Source: a virus
IMG/VR virus record: IMGVR_UViG_3300012683_000008
Coordinates: 15,798 to 79,797 of that record
Direction: 5' to 3' (one strand)
DNA length: 64,000 nt
Part shown: positions 9,367-18,959 of the stretch, one piece after another
How the letters are laid out: every line of letters begins with the position of its first letter
Position numbering within the stretch: the first letter of the stretch is position 1
Made by a program: the position numbers and the translations under genes
The notes under the pieces: model-generated
Told to the model about the DNA's origin: nothing
The model's input: only the letters and a program-made list of their open reading frames with translations
The model's database searches: none

Positions 9367-10584
9367 TTACATCGAGGGAGCGGGCGTCGAAGTCGTGGAG
9401 GAGCCGGTCATGGGCATGCCCATGCTCTTCTTCTCCATCGCCTTCTTCATCTTGCAGTGCTTGCACTCGCCCTTCCCGTCGCACGTGCAGCCCTCTTCAG
9501 CGATCTTCTTGAGGAGCTCCCGTGCCGCTGCGATCTTCACGCCGCCTTTGGCGGCATTCCGCAGGTTCTCTTGGACCTTGGCGTCGTGAGCCTTGGACAT
9601 CATCGGCTCGGTGAGCACCTCGGCCATCAGCTTCTTCTGCGGCGCCTTCGCCTGAACCTTCTTGGCGTTGGTCGCGGCAGCGTTGGAATCGATCATCGAA
9701 CGAGCGCTGTTGGTGCCGCCCGACGGAGGCTTGGGGCCGTCACCCGACTTGGAGTCGAGCGTCTCGCCGCCCATCTTCTTCTCGACGTTGGCGATCTTGC
9801 CGAGGATGAAGTCGACGGCGGAAGCCTTCTTCTCGCCATCCTTCTTGTCGAAGGTGACGACCTCGGCCGGCTTGGTCTCTTCCTTGGACTCTTCGTCCTT
9901 GGGAGCCAGAGCAGCCTGGAGGCGGGCGACGGAAGCCGACTTCGGCTTCTCGGTCTTGGCCTGCTCCTCGACCTCGGCGGTGTCGTCTTCGTGACCGACG
10001 TCCTCGTTCAGGGTCGTCGGCTTCGGGGCAGCAGCGGAGCGGATCTTGTCCAGCACCGACTCGGCCGCCGTCTTCATGACGCCCTTCTTGGGGTACGGAG
10101 TCCCACCGGGACGCTTGGCGTGATCGTTCTTGACCTGGGTGGGGGCTGGTCCGCCGGCATCACCCTTCTGGCTCTCGGTCGACATCGGCACGTTGTGCGC
10201 CTTCGACTTGTCCTTGCCGTAGTTCTGCTTGCCGGAAACGGGCTTCATGACGGCGAGGGTCTGACCGCCACCCTTGTACTCGGCCCCGTGGTCCTGCTCG
10301 TCGGCCGACGTCTTCATGAGCTGATCGCCGACCGTCTCCAGCGCCGAGGCGAGCTTCTCGACCTCTTCTGGATCAGCGAAGTCGATCGCCGAGGCTTCCT
10401 TGTCCTTCTCCTCTTTCTCTTCCTTCACGGAGGGGACGTGGCCGTGTTCCTTCTTCTCGTAGTCGACGAGCTTCTTGACCTTCTCGTCCTTGCCTTCTGC
10501 GGCAGCGATCTTCACGCGGGAGTCGTCGATGATCCGAGCGACCATATCGGCGAGCGGAAGGTTGCCTGCGAGCTTTGAGATCAT
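9367..10584 (-). CDS. Putative prohead core/scaffold-like protein
   Basis: 405 aa, charged/low complexity, about ten K-x-A motifs, C-terminal CxC..CxxC. Confidence 0.6.
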   Translation of the reverse strand: MISKLAGNLPLADMVARIIDDSRVKIAAAEGKDEKVKKLVDYEKKEHGHVPSVKEEKEEKDKEASAIDFADPEEVEKLASALETVGDQLMKTSADEQDHGAEYKGGGQTLAVMKPVSGKQNYGKDKSKAHNVPMSTESQKGDAGGPAPTQVKNDHAKRPGGTPYPKKGVMKTAAESVLDKIRSAAAPKPTTLNEDVGHEDDTAEVEEQAKTEKPKSASVARLQAALAPKDEESKEETKPAEVVTFDKKDGEKKASAVDFILGKIANVEKKMGGETLDSKSGDGPKPPSGGTNSARSMIDSNAAATNAKKVQAKAPQKKLMAEVLTEPMMSKAHDAKVQENLRNAAKGGVKIAAARELLKKIAEEGCTCDGKGECKHCKMKKAMEKKSMGMPMTGSSTTSTPAPSM

Positions 10585-10596
10585 TTCGGCGTCTCC

Positions 10597-10857
10597 TTAC
10601 TGCGTCACGGGAGGAGGTGGGTTTGCCTTCATACTGCTAAGGTGGTCTTGAACGGGAGAAGTTTCTGGTGGTGTCTGTGGCTTTGAGACCAACTTGGGCA
10701 GCTTTGGCTTGTTGGCCATCACCGGCTTCGTTACCTGCGCAACCGATGATGCCGTGTTTTGAGTGGTGGTGGCAATCTTCTTGAGTTCGTCTGAGAACCC
10801 CAAGAACATCTCCAAGCTGATTCTTCTGTTGGACATGTTCGTCGTTTCCTCAGACAA
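10597..10857 (-). CDS. Small protein with FSDELKKIA leader
   Basis: 86 aa; GFSDELKKIA followed by Thr/Pro-rich peptide; start uncertain. Confidence 0.6.
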   Translation of the reverse strand: MSEETTNMSNRRISLEMFLGFSDELKKIATTTQNTASSVAQVTKPVMANKPKLPKLVSKPQTPPETSPVQDHLSSMKANPPPPVTQ

Positions 10858-10867
10858 GCTCCTGGGG

Positions 10868-10905
10868 CCTGCAAAGATACATCTGCCCCAGGAGCCCGTA
10901 CGCCT
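10868..10905 (-). terminator. Hairpin after the 289-aa gene (3' part; whole element about 10858-10905)
   Basis: GCTCCTGGGGC...GCCCCAGGAGC inverted repeat just downstream of the stop; large loop and no clear U-tract. Confidence 0.3.
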
Positions 10906-10911
10906 GATGTC

Positions 10912-11781
10912 TTACTTCGCAGCTTCCTCGGCCGGAGCCTCTTCTTCCTTGGCCGGGAGCTCGTAGCCGGCGTTGGCGATCATCGCCAGGGCCCGCTCGT
11001 CGACCTTCTGAGCGAGCAGAGCTGCCTGCTCCTCGTTGATCGAGCTCTTCTTCTCGCTCTCTTCCGTCTCCTGCTGGGCGTTCGGGTCGATCCCGTGCTC
11101 CTTCAGGATCTCGTGAGCCCGAACGACGGCGAGCTGATCGAGAGCGGAGAGCTGCTGCTCTTCCTCTGCCGGCTGCTCAGCCGATGCCTTCTTCGACTTG
11201 CGGCCGGCTGCGAAGCCAGCTCCTGCCGAGGCGGCGGCACCTGCTGCCATCGCCTTGCCCTTGTTCTTGGCCATGAAGTCACCGACCTTGCCTGCGCCCG
11301 ACTTCAGCGCCGCCTTGGCAGTGTCCTTGTGCTTCGAAGCCGCAGCGCCAGTCATGGCCACTGCGCCCTTCAGGTTGTCGAGCTTGTTGGCCGTCTTCGT
11401 CTTGGCAGCGGCCTCCTTCTCGATCTCCTTGCGCTCCGCCACGTAGGCGTGCGCCATCACGCGACCCAGGTAGTCGGCCTCGGCGATCTTCTCCTGCTCG
11501 GGCGTGAGCTGCTCGCCCTCTTCGCCGGCCGTCTTCTCTTCGCCCTCTTCACCTTCGTCGCCTTCTGCTTCGGTCTGCTCTTCTGCCGGAGTCTCCTCGG
11601 CAGCCGAGTCGCCATCGAGGATCGAAGCGGCCAGCGTCTCTGCCTCTTCGTCGCTCAGGCCACTGACGTCGACTGATTCGTCAGACGCCAGCTTCTCGGC
11701 GAGAGCTGCCGTGGCGATGGCTTCGAGGTCGGTCTCGTCGGCCTGGTTGGTCTTGTACACCTCTGCGAGCTTGGGATCCAT
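10912..11781 (-). CDS. Acidic prohead core/scaffold-like protein
   Basis: 289 aa; KIAEADYLGRVMAHAY helix; KLAS, KTAG, KEAA, KKAS motifs; AAGGAG RBS. Confidence 0.6.
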   Translation of the reverse strand: MDPKLAEVYKTNQADETDLEAIATAALAEKLASDESVDVSGLSDEEAETLAASILDGDSAAEETPAEEQTEAEGDEGEEGEEKTAGEEGEQLTPEQEKIAEADYLGRVMAHAYVAERKEIEKEAAAKTKTANKLDNLKGAVAMTGAAASKHKDTAKAALKSGAGKVGDFMAKNKGKAMAAGAAASAGAGFAAGRKSKKASAEQPAEEEQQLSALDQLAVVRAHEILKEHGIDPNAQQETEESEKKSSINEEQAALLAQKVDERALAMIANAGYELPAKEEEAPAEEAAK

Positions 11782-11840
11782 CTTGTGTCTCCTTCAACGA
11801 ATGAACTTCTGGAAGATGGCCGTCTTCAAGGTCGAGACCT

Positions 11841-13502
11841 CTAGGCCTGGGGGTACTGCGGAATCACTCCGACATCGATCGGAGTGTCGAGAAGCAGGTC
11901 CCGGTTCTGAAGATGAACGCCCGAGAAGTACGAAAGCGAGTCGAGAGAGATCATCGGGGCGCTGGCGGTCTTCGTGAACATGTCTACCAGTTGGCTCCCA
12001 ACTACTGCGTCTCTCAACTTCGGGTCGTTCTGAATCACTTCTTCGGCCTGCGACAGCTTCTGCATGAGCGAACGACGGTAGCCGTTGTAGGCAGCGCCGA
12101 TCTTACTCAACAAAGGATGGTCTACCTGAGTCTCAGTGGGAAGAGGCTTTTTGCTTGTCACCGTGATGCGAATCACTCTTCCCTGTAGAGGACTTCCAAG
12201 ACCGCTTCTTTGACCGATCAGACCTTCCAAGAGCTTCTTCAGTTCTTCATTGAAACGGCTCTTGTCGACGGCCACTGATTCGTCGAAGTCTCCCGTCTGC
12301 TTGAAGACCTCATTCTTGTCGTCGAGCTTGTCTGCGAGCCCACCCTCGCCCATGCGCATCAGCACCAGCCTCTGGAACTCACGAGGCTTGAGGACGATGC
12401 CCATCATCCCAGCCGTCGAGCAGCAGGAGCCGAGGTCGTGCTCAGCCATCTCATCCAGGGCGCTCCTTGAGATGGTGATCTCGTCCTTCTCCAACTTCGG
12501 AAGAGACGACATCGAAAAGGCACCAGCCGGGACGGTCTTGACGATCTCACTGAGCTTGAGCTGAGCGGCCGTCTTCGTCGGCTTCTTGCCAGTCATGGCG
12601 AAACCGAGCTTGTCGATCTCCGAACACTCGTCTGGGCATCCGCACTCGCAGTGCGCTGAAGCGGTCTTCTCGACCCCGTAGGTGCTGGGCACCTGGATCA
12701 TGAAAGCGACCTCAGACGAGAGACGAGGCATCGAGCATACGTCGCCGAGACACACATACTGGCCTCTCGACGCCAGCTTCGCCATCACCTTGGCCGTCTT
12801 GTCCGCACCGATGAAGACGAACGAGATGTCGAAGAAGCGAGGGTGGGTGTTCTCGACGCAGCACCTCAGCCCGTTCGGGAGAATCTTGTTCGGGCCGTAC
12901 AGATGCCGCAGGTGCTCTGGCGGCAGCATGTGCTCGCAGTAGTCGTCCTTGGTCTTGGACGAGTGGCGGCACACCATGCAGATGTCGTAGGGGACCTTGC
13001 AGCCCATCGAGACGTCGGGGAACTCCCCGGCGTCGATGCGAGCGATGATGCCGTCTGCACCTTCGAGCTTCGCCTTCTCCCTGTTGAGCTGAACGATGAG
13101 CTCGACCCGCTTCATGTACGGGTTGAGCAGAGAGAGGACCGGCTTGCCGAAAGCCCGGCTCGGGTCCTTGTTCACGTGGTGCTGAAAGGCGTGGGCCTTG
13201 AGGAACGTCAGGTAGCCGTAGTCGTCACCCTGGTGAGCGAGAGCGTTCCAGGGAAAGTAGTCGGCGTTGATGTTGGAGCCGAAGTACTCACCAGCTCCGA
13301 GCGCATTGACGAGAACGTAGGCGTTCTCTTGGCGGTTCTTCTTGGAGATCTGCGAGAGGAAGTGGCGAAGTCTGTCGCCGTTGGCCCAGTCGGCAAAGGC
13401 TGGCGCACCGGCTGTCTTCTCGAAAGCCCCGGCTGAGCCGAAAAGGGACTGACAGAAGATGCCGGAAGCGGTCTTGCCGAAGAATTGGACCTGCTTGTCC
13501 AT
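11841..13502 (-). CDS. Prohead maturation protease (HK97/assemblin-like) with Cys/His insert
   Basis: Motif order N.N.D.F, FQHH, VSMG (candidate nucleophile Ser), FFDISFVFIGAD matches phage prohead proteases; CMVC..YCEH insert; upstream of scaffold and MCP. Confidence 0.65.
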   Translation of the reverse strand: MDKQVQFFGKTASGIFCQSLFGSAGAFEKTAGAPAFADWANGDRLRHFLSQISKKNRQENAYVLVNALGAGEYFGSNINADYFPWNALAHQGDDYGYLTFLKAHAFQHHVNKDPSRAFGKPVLSLLNPYMKRVELIVQLNREKAKLEGADGIIARIDAGEFPDVSMGCKVPYDICMVCRHSSKTKDDYCEHMLPPEHLRHLYGPNKILPNGLRCCVENTHPRFFDISFVFIGADKTAKVMAKLASRGQYVCLGDVCSMPRLSSEVAFMIQVPSTYGVEKTASAHCECGCPDECSEIDKLGFAMTGKKPTKTAAQLKLSEIVKTVPAGAFSMSSLPKLEKDEITISRSALDEMAEHDLGSCCSTAGMMGIVLKPREFQRLVLMRMGEGGLADKLDDKNEVFKQTGDFDESVAVDKSRFNEELKKLLEGLIGQRSGLGSPLQGRVIRITVTSKKPLPTETQVDHPLLSKIGAAYNGYRRSLMQKLSQAEEVIQNDPKLRDAVVGSQLVDMFTKTASAPMISLDSLSYFSGVHLQNRDLLLDTPIDVGVIPQYPQA

Positions 13503-13508
13503 CAGTCG

Positions 13509-14234
13509 TCAGTCGTTCGTGGGCGTGGAGCCAGGGGTGTTGTCCGGTCTTGGCCCCTTCTTGAAGCCGAAGACCTTGCGGCCTTTTCCTTCTTCCTGAT
13601 GCAGGTGGTAGTGGAGTGGGCCTTCCTTCTTCTCCTGCTTCTTGCCCATCTCCCTGAGGTCGAGACGGAACTGGTTGTTCCGGATGTCGACCAGGTTCTT
13701 GCGAGAACCGATGAGGTCCCGGATCAGCACGTGCTCGTTGCCCGGTGCCTGATTCGCCAGAGACTTGAGAAGCGAGCCTCCGACCAGCGGATCCTTCATG
13801 AGGTCCGGGGCGTAGTGGTGAAGGGCGTTGAACGCCGGCTTCAGGCGTTCCGGATCGTTCACTTCCTCACGTAGCTTCGGGTTGCTCGCCATGATGCGGC
13901 GAAGGTCCCGAGCCTTGGTGAGGCCTCTCTTGGCCGTGTCGAAGAGGTCCGCAGCGATGGCAGACCCCAGAGAAGCTGCGACTCCCACGCCGATGGAGGC
14001 TGCGACTCCGATGGCAGCTTGGCCCACGGGAGAAGAGAACACCCGACTTGAAGCAGCGCTCGGGGCCGCTGCCAGCTTCTCGGTGGTGACACTGGCGATC
14101 GTCTCGAACTCCTGGAGGACGTCGGGCAGGAACTCGGGTGCCAGCTTCTCGATGAGAGACAGGGCCTGCGCCGTCTTCTGCATCAGCTCTGGCTCCGCCT
14201 GGTTGGCTGCTTCGAGGTATCTCTTGTCCATCAT
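13509..14234 (-). CDS. Putative virion protein with hydrophobic Gly/Ala helix
   Basis: 241 aa; AAIGVAASIGVGVAASLGSAIAA after KLAA. Confidence 0.6.
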   Translation of the reverse strand: MMDKRYLEAANQAEPELMQKTAQALSLIEKLAPEFLPDVLQEFETIASVTTEKLAAAPSAASSRVFSSPVGQAAIGVAASIGVGVAASLGSAIAADLFDTAKRGLTKARDLRRIMASNPKLREEVNDPERLKPAFNALHHYAPDLMKDPLVGGSLLKSLANQAPGNEHVLIRDLIGSRKNLVDIRNNQFRLDLREMGKKQEKKEGPLHYHLHQEEGKGRKVFGFKKGPRPDNTPGSTPTND

Positions 14235-14476
14235 CCAACTCCTGGCGGTAGGGGCTGCCCCTGGGCTTCTTGGAACTTCTTCTTGTTCTTGTCGTACTCG
14301 CCCTTGGCACCTGGGATCACCGTCGCAGCGGTGAGAGTAGCGACTGGATGCTTTGCTGCGGTGATGGCAGCTTTCCCGGCAAGCGTGCCGAGGACCCCGA
14401 GGATGGCCATCTTCTCCATTGGCGCTCTCCGAAGAGCGATGGAGATCGAGGCCAGCTTAGCGAGCCGAGCGAGCAA
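14231..14476 (-). CDS. Small hydrophobic hypothetical protein
   Basis: 81 aa, overlaps both neighbours; KLAS/KMA motifs. Confidence 0.55.
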   Translation of the reverse strand: MLARLAKLASISIALRRAPMEKMAILGVLGTLAGKAAITAAKHPVATLTAATVIPGAKGEYDKNKKKFQEAQGQPLPPGVG

Positions 14477-15404
14477 GGAATTGCTCCTTGATGAAGCCGT
14501 CCACCCGACCGAGTTGAGCGTTGACGTCTTCGAGAGACATCGCCACCTTGTCGATCTCCGCCTCCAGAGCGAGCATGGAGCGGAAGGTCGAAACGAACGG
14601 GTGCTTCTCGTTCACGACCCTGTGCGCCAGCTTCTCCAACTGCTCGGTCATGATCTTGAGCTGGAGAGGTGAGGCGACCTTCTCGGTGAGGAGACGCTCG
14701 ACGATGGGTCGGAACGCCTCGGCGATCTTCTGCTTGTCGGACCCGGAGCTCTGGGCTGCGACAAGGACGTCGCTGAAGCTGTTGCCCTCCAGGAGGTGGT
14801 TCTTCACCATGGCGTAGTACTCCGCCTGGGCTTCCTTGAGGGCCATCTCGTGCCGCTCACCGTCGTACGACAGCGTGTCCTTGAAAGCCTTGAGCTCGGC
14901 CTTCGTGTCCATCACCTGCTTCACGGCCTGGTCACGAGTGACCTCCTGAGAGGAGGCCTTCTTGATGCCGAACATCGTCTCGATGACCGAGTCCTTCATC
15001 GAGGAGACGTGAGCTGACGCCGTCTTCGACTTCTGCGGCATCTTCGAGTACTCGATGTCGACGGGAGTCGTGACCGTGGGCCGGGCACCGTCCGACATCT
15101 CCTGGATGATGCGGCCAGCGTCTGCGAGCTGGAACTGGGGGTAGCTGCTTTCTGCCCCTGCCGTCTTGCTCTGGTCGTGCTTCGCCAGGTAGACAGCGGT
15201 GTTCGCGAACTCCACGATGCGCTTGATCTGGTCGCCGTTGATGTCCTTGTGCTCGCCGGCGAGCTTGCAGATCGACTCGTTGAGAGCCAGACCTTCGTTC
15301 AGGAACCGGTTGGCTGCCTGCTTGCCCATCAGCTCCAGAGCCTCGGCCGAGACAGAGGCATGCCGAGAGCCGGTCATCAGGTAGTTCGTGAGCTCGTCTG
15401 ACAT
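14457..15404 (-). CDS. Putative head-module protein (first gene of head operon)
   Basis: Start reassigned to MSDELT (15404) to avoid overlap with the divergent gene; LNESICKLA..INGDQIKRIVEFANTAVYL; many K-x-A motifs. Confidence 0.65.
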   Translation of the reverse strand: MSDELTNYLMTGSRHASVSAEALELMGKQAANRFLNEGLALNESICKLAGEHKDINGDQIKRIVEFANTAVYLAKHDQSKTAGAESSYPQFQLADAGRIIQEMSDGARPTVTTPVDIEYSKMPQKSKTASAHVSSMKDSVIETMFGIKKASSQEVTRDQAVKQVMDTKAELKAFKDTLSYDGERHEMALKEAQAEYYAMVKNHLLEGNSFSDVLVAAQSSGSDKQKIAEAFRPIVERLLTEKVASPLQLKIMTEQLEKLAHRVVNEKHPFVSTFRSMLALEAEIDKVAMSLEDVNAQLGRVDGFIKEQFLARSAR

Positions 15405-15467
15405 GTGATTTAGACTCCGAATCTGAAGAGAGTCAGTCTGTTGGAGGGTAGTTGTTGGGAGGACAAG

Positions 15468-16151
15468 ATGGGAAGAACTTTCGTGACCTTCGAAGACGCC
15501 GCAAAGCTGCTGAAGTGTAGCAAACGCACAGTCCACAACTACGTCAAGAAGGGGCGGCTCCGAAAGGACGTCGAGGATGGAGAAGTAGTACTTCGGCGGG
15601 AAGATGTCGAGCAGCTCGCTGAAGGACTGGGCTCAGACCTGCCCGCTCTGAACAACCGCACGCTGTTGGAGCTGCTGGGCAGGATCAAGACTCTGGAGAT
15701 GAAGGTCTCCGTATTCCAGAAGATACACGGCATCGAGGAGCACCCACCCCTCCGTCCAGGCACGGACGAGGCCCTGAAGCTGGTGAGCAACGCAGAGTGG
15801 TACCTCCAGAAGAAGGACATCACCTCACCGGAGATCGGTCTCTGGGTCTCGCTCTTCCAGCGCATGGATGAGCTCACCTTCCAGATGATTCACCGGGCAG
15901 GGGCCAAACCAGAGTTCTGGAAGACCCTCTTCGACCTCTGTCTCTACCTCATGGACTTCGTCTCGAACCCCAGGCGGTGCAAAGAGACCCGTACGTGGCT
16001 TGCCCACCACCTGGAGCTCAACGAGTGCAGGAAGTCCCTTCGATCGATCATCCTCCTGTGGGTGGAGCTGACCAGGGAGAGCCATACCAAGGGCCTGCAC
16101 AAGTACCTGGGTGGGGGCAAAGAGGACCTTGCCCGTCGGCTGGGCAATTAG
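15468..16151 (+). CDS. MerR/excisionase-like helix-turn-helix DNA-binding protein
   Basis: VTFEDAAKLLKCSKRTVHNYVKKGRL..REDVEQL HTH, then coiled coil; GGAGG RBS. Confidence 0.75.
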   Translation: MGRTFVTFEDAAKLLKCSKRTVHNYVKKGRLRKDVEDGEVVLRREDVEQLAEGLGSDLPALNNRTLLELLGRIKTLEMKVSVFQKIHGIEEHPPLRPGTDEALKLVSNAEWYLQKKDITSPEIGLWVSLFQRMDELTFQMIHRAGAKPEFWKTLFDLCLYLMDFVSNPRRCKETRTWLAHHLELNECRKSLRSIILLWVELTRESHTKGLHKYLGGGKEDLARRLGN

Positions 16152-16163
16152 ACCCCCTCCTCC

Positions 16164-16171
16164 GGGATAAG
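16164..16171 (+). promoter_or_regulatory. GGGATAAG motif, putative phage-RNAP promoter element
   Basis: Intergenic, upstream of 16228; one of seven GG-N-ATAAG sites seen on the plus strand. Confidence 0.55.
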
Positions 16172-16227
16172 GACTTGGGCCGGATAAACCTGCCCATGTT
16201 CAATCCCCATTGGGAGGAGAGTCGAAG

Positions 16228-16746
16228 ATGGAAATCGAGAAGACGGAGACGGTGCATCAGTTGCCTCGGCCGGGTGTCAGTCTGAAGCCGGCAACTGGGG
16301 AGGCACACGTGCCGACCCCCGAAGGTGATGTTCGGGTCGAGGTGAAGGCGGGCGGTTCGACGCACTTCCTGTTCAACGACACGCCGGCCTCCAGGGACTT
16401 CCTGAAGAAGCTCGTCGAGAAGAACGATCTGAAGGCCGAGGCGTCTGCGGCTCAGGGCGAGAGCTACAACCTCACGCTCTGGGGTCGGATCAAGGGCGTG
16501 AGCACTTCGAACGTGACGCCGGCCAGGCTGGTCATCGGTGGCGTCGTCATGTTCGTGGCGTACCAGGGTGCCAAGTGGCTCGGCAAGCGCATCGCCGAGT
16601 ACTTCGGCTGGAACCTCTTCGGCAACATCGTCAGCGAGGAAGAGATGTACGCTGGGGGCAACAAGGACTTCGACGAGCGGAAGGCTCCTCGTCGGCAGGC
16701 TCCTCGTCGGCCCAACGAGCCGACGATGCCGTCTGCTGCGGCCTAG
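16228..16746 (+). CDS. Hypothetical membrane-anchored protein
   Basis: GGAGG RBS; LVIGGVVMFVAYQGAKWLG hydrophobic segment. Confidence 0.7.
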   Translation: MEIEKTETVHQLPRPGVSLKPATGEAHVPTPEGDVRVEVKAGGSTHFLFNDTPASRDFLKKLVEKNDLKAEASAAQGESYNLTLWGRIKGVSTSNVTPARLVIGGVVMFVAYQGAKWLGKRIAEYFGWNLFGNIVSEEEMYAGGNKDFDERKAPRRQAPRRPNEPTMPSAAA

Positions 16747-16753
16747 TGCGGCC

Positions 16754-16797
16754 AGAGAGTACCGGGAGGATGAGCTCGCTCCCGGTATTTCTCTTAG
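16754..16797 (+). terminator. Hairpin terminator followed by TTAG, between convergent genes
   Basis: AGAGAGTACCGGGAG / CTCCCGGTATTTCT stem. Confidence 0.65.
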
Positions 16798-18614
16798 TCC
16801 TCAGACTGGACGCCCGTCTTGGCAGTGGGGTTCAGGATGTCGAAGCGGGGGATCTTCAGCATCGATGCCAGCGTGCAGAGAAGGATGGAGTGGAACGAGT
16901 CGTCCGTCGCATCGGGGGTCTTCTTGTACTGAATCTGCCGCTGCTGCTCGTTGTACTCCGAGAAGATGTTCAGCATGTCCTTCGAGAACGGCTCTTCGAA
17001 GTGGACCCAGTTCGGGAACCGGAAGACGTTGCGACGCTTGATGGCGTTGAAGACGTCGGACATCACTTCGGTGCGGTGAACCAAGAACCGAGAGAGCTCG
17101 GGGTGCCACTGCACCTTCTGCCCAGGCTGAGAGTACTGGTACTTCCGAATGCGTTCGGGACCGAACTTGCGAGTCAGGTGATCGTTGCGGTCGAAGCCAC
17201 CGCCGTAGTCGACGCCGACCACCATGCAGTTCCAGGCCTTGATGATCTGGTCGATCTTGTCGAGCTGCACCTGCGGCTCGGTGTCCTGGTGCTCGAACCG
17301 GTGGATGTAGAAGATGCAGAAGAACCCATTCAGCATGTATGCGCCGAGTGAGAGAACCGTGTACGAACCTTCGCCAGTACCCCAGTCGATGCCAGCGAAG
17401 ACCGGGCTGCTTCCGCCAAGGTTGTGGCGGATCATGTCCAAGGTCGCCTGGTCCATCAGCAACTCGTTGGCACAGTTGTCCATGATGTCCTGGCGAGTGA
17501 GCGGACGAGTGCCAGAGTCGTACGAAAGACCGAGAACTTCGTTGTGGAACTGAGAGGGCGGGTAGGTCGTGTACTTGACCAGAATCTCGTTCCACTCCAG
17601 CCACGGCACCATCACCTGGGGAACTCGGAAGCCTTCGTAGGCCTTGTCTCCGAGACCACCTTCCTGAGGCGGCCGACGAACGGTGGGGTTCATCGACGCC
17701 CAGCAGGACTCTGCACTCATGGCGTGGATACGCTGCTTGCACTTGTCGCAGACGAGACCGTCTGAACCGATGTTGTTCTCGCCGAGGACGTTCCAGTGCC
17801 ACGAGGACGGATCCTTCGGAGTCCCATGGCGCTGACAAGGAACGACCCACTCGTTCTGTGTCGAGAACGCCGACCAATAATGCTCGATGGCGTTGTCGTA
17901 GGACTTCGGCGTCCCCGAGTACATGAAGAGCTTGAATGGAGAGTGAGAGGCGCACTCTTCGATGACGGGGATGTTGTCCGTGATGACGTCTTGGAGCTCG
18001 TCGATCAGGATGAGGTCGGCGGGGATACCACGGGTTCGGTCGGCGTTGTGGTAGGCGTAGCGGAGGGTGATCTGGCTCCGGTTGATGAACTTCTTGAGGA
18101 AGACGTTGTCCGAGAGCTTCGTCGTCGTCCAAGCTCGCAGCGAGTCCGAGGTCTCGATGGGCTCCTTCAGACGGTCCTGCGAGAACACCTTCGTCTGCTG
18201 GTTGGTCGGCGAGACGTAGAGGATGTTGAAGGCGTTGTTGATGCAGGCGTACGCCAGGCTCTTGTTGCCGAGGAAGGTCGACTTCTCGACCTGCCGGCCG
18301 CACTTGAAGAGAGTCCGCTTCGCCGAGGTGTCATACGGGAGCTTCAGGTACTCACGGCCTTCGAAGGAGAAGGGCACGTGCTTCTGGGCCTTCTTGTCTG
18401 GCACCTTGATGGCGAACTGCACGAACTCGGAAGGCATGACGCCCATGAGGCGTGCGTTGCGTCGTAGGATGTCCTCATCCAAGAGGGCTTCATCGAGGTC
18501 CGGCTCGAAGTCCCATTCCTCTTTGAGCTCAAGCCTGCCGCTCTCGGACAAGACGACGTTGGAGCCGAACTTCCGTCGATACTCGTCGCTGGATAGAACG
18601 TTGTCTTCGTACAT
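16794..18614 (-). CDS. Terminase large subunit (lambda GpA-like)
   Basis: Walker A-like CGRQVEKST, Walker B LILIDELQD, coupling motif SGTP, C..H/CDKC zinc segment, nuclease GIDWG ... VDYG ... DDSFHS. Confidence 0.88.
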   Translation of the reverse strand: MYEDNVLSSDEYRRKFGSNVVLSESGRLELKEEWDFEPDLDEALLDEDILRRNARLMGVMPSEFVQFAIKVPDKKAQKHVPFSFEGREYLKLPYDTSAKRTLFKCGRQVEKSTFLGNKSLAYACINNAFNILYVSPTNQQTKVFSQDRLKEPIETSDSLRAWTTTKLSDNVFLKKFINRSQITLRYAYHNADRTRGIPADLILIDELQDVITDNIPVIEECASHSPFKLFMYSGTPKSYDNAIEHYWSAFSTQNEWVVPCQRHGTPKDPSSWHWNVLGENNIGSDGLVCDKCKQRIHAMSAESCWASMNPTVRRPPQEGGLGDKAYEGFRVPQVMVPWLEWNEILVKYTTYPPSQFHNEVLGLSYDSGTRPLTRQDIMDNCANELLMDQATLDMIRHNLGGSSPVFAGIDWGTGEGSYTVLSLGAYMLNGFFCIFYIHRFEHQDTEPQVQLDKIDQIIKAWNCMVVGVDYGGGFDRNDHLTRKFGPERIRKYQYSQPGQKVQWHPELSRFLVHRTEVMSDVFNAIKRRNVFRFPNWVHFEEPFSKDMLNIFSEYNEQQRQIQYKKTPDATDDSFHSILLCTLASMLKIPRFDILNPTAKTGVQSED

Positions 18615-18624
18615 GAATCCCCAT

Positions 18625-18652
18625 ACCGTACTGAAGCGAGAAGGGATTGCAA
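18625..18652 (-). promoter_or_regulatory. sigma70-like promoter for terminase (TTGCAA-16-TACGGT)
   Basis: Hexamers read directly; would give a nearly leaderless mRNA. Confidence 0.35.
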
Positions 18653-18653
18653 G

Positions 18654-18959
18654 ATGCTACCGCCACCGTTGGCCTGGGTAGATGGCTTCATCCACTCCAT
18701 TCAAGGAGCTCTTGGCCAGCAGGTCCGGCACGAGGTCAAAAGCACCGTCAACCCACTCGTCTACAGGATTCGAGTCGACTTCCCGGAGAAGATCTCGGGC
18801 AAGAACTTGATGCTGGTGTGGAACCTCTTTCAGATGTACGCCGCAAAGAATGACGGCGTTCCGCAAGGAAAAGCAGCCGACACAGAACGCTGCCTCGTAG
18901 CCGACGTCATCATCAAAAGACGGCTCGGCCTGCCCCGGAAGAAGCACCCACTGGAGTGA
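18654..18959 (+). CDS. Hypothetical protein
   Basis: 101-aa ORF overlapping the rnhB start (GTGA). Confidence 0.65.
   Translation: MLPPPLAWVDGFIHSIQGALGQQVRHEVKSTVNPLVYRIRVDFPEKISGKNLMLVWNLFQMYAAKNDGVPQGKAADTERCLVADVIIKRRLGLPRKKHPLE

Noticed and set aside
8398-10578. 726-aa plus-strand ORF (and similar long antisense ORFs at 22206-23621, 35319-37430, 49191-50711, 52768-54297, 57453-59108)
   Set aside because: Antisense shadows of well-supported genes, expected from high third-position GC; L/V/R/G-rich with no motifs
16682-16711. 15-bp tandem duplication AGGCTCCTCGTCGGC x2
   Set aside because: In-frame two-copy repeat in a disordered tail; no array or element structure
16801-18303. 500-aa alternative-frame ORF within terL
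   Set aside because: R/P-rich off-frame translation; the terminase frame carries all the motifs
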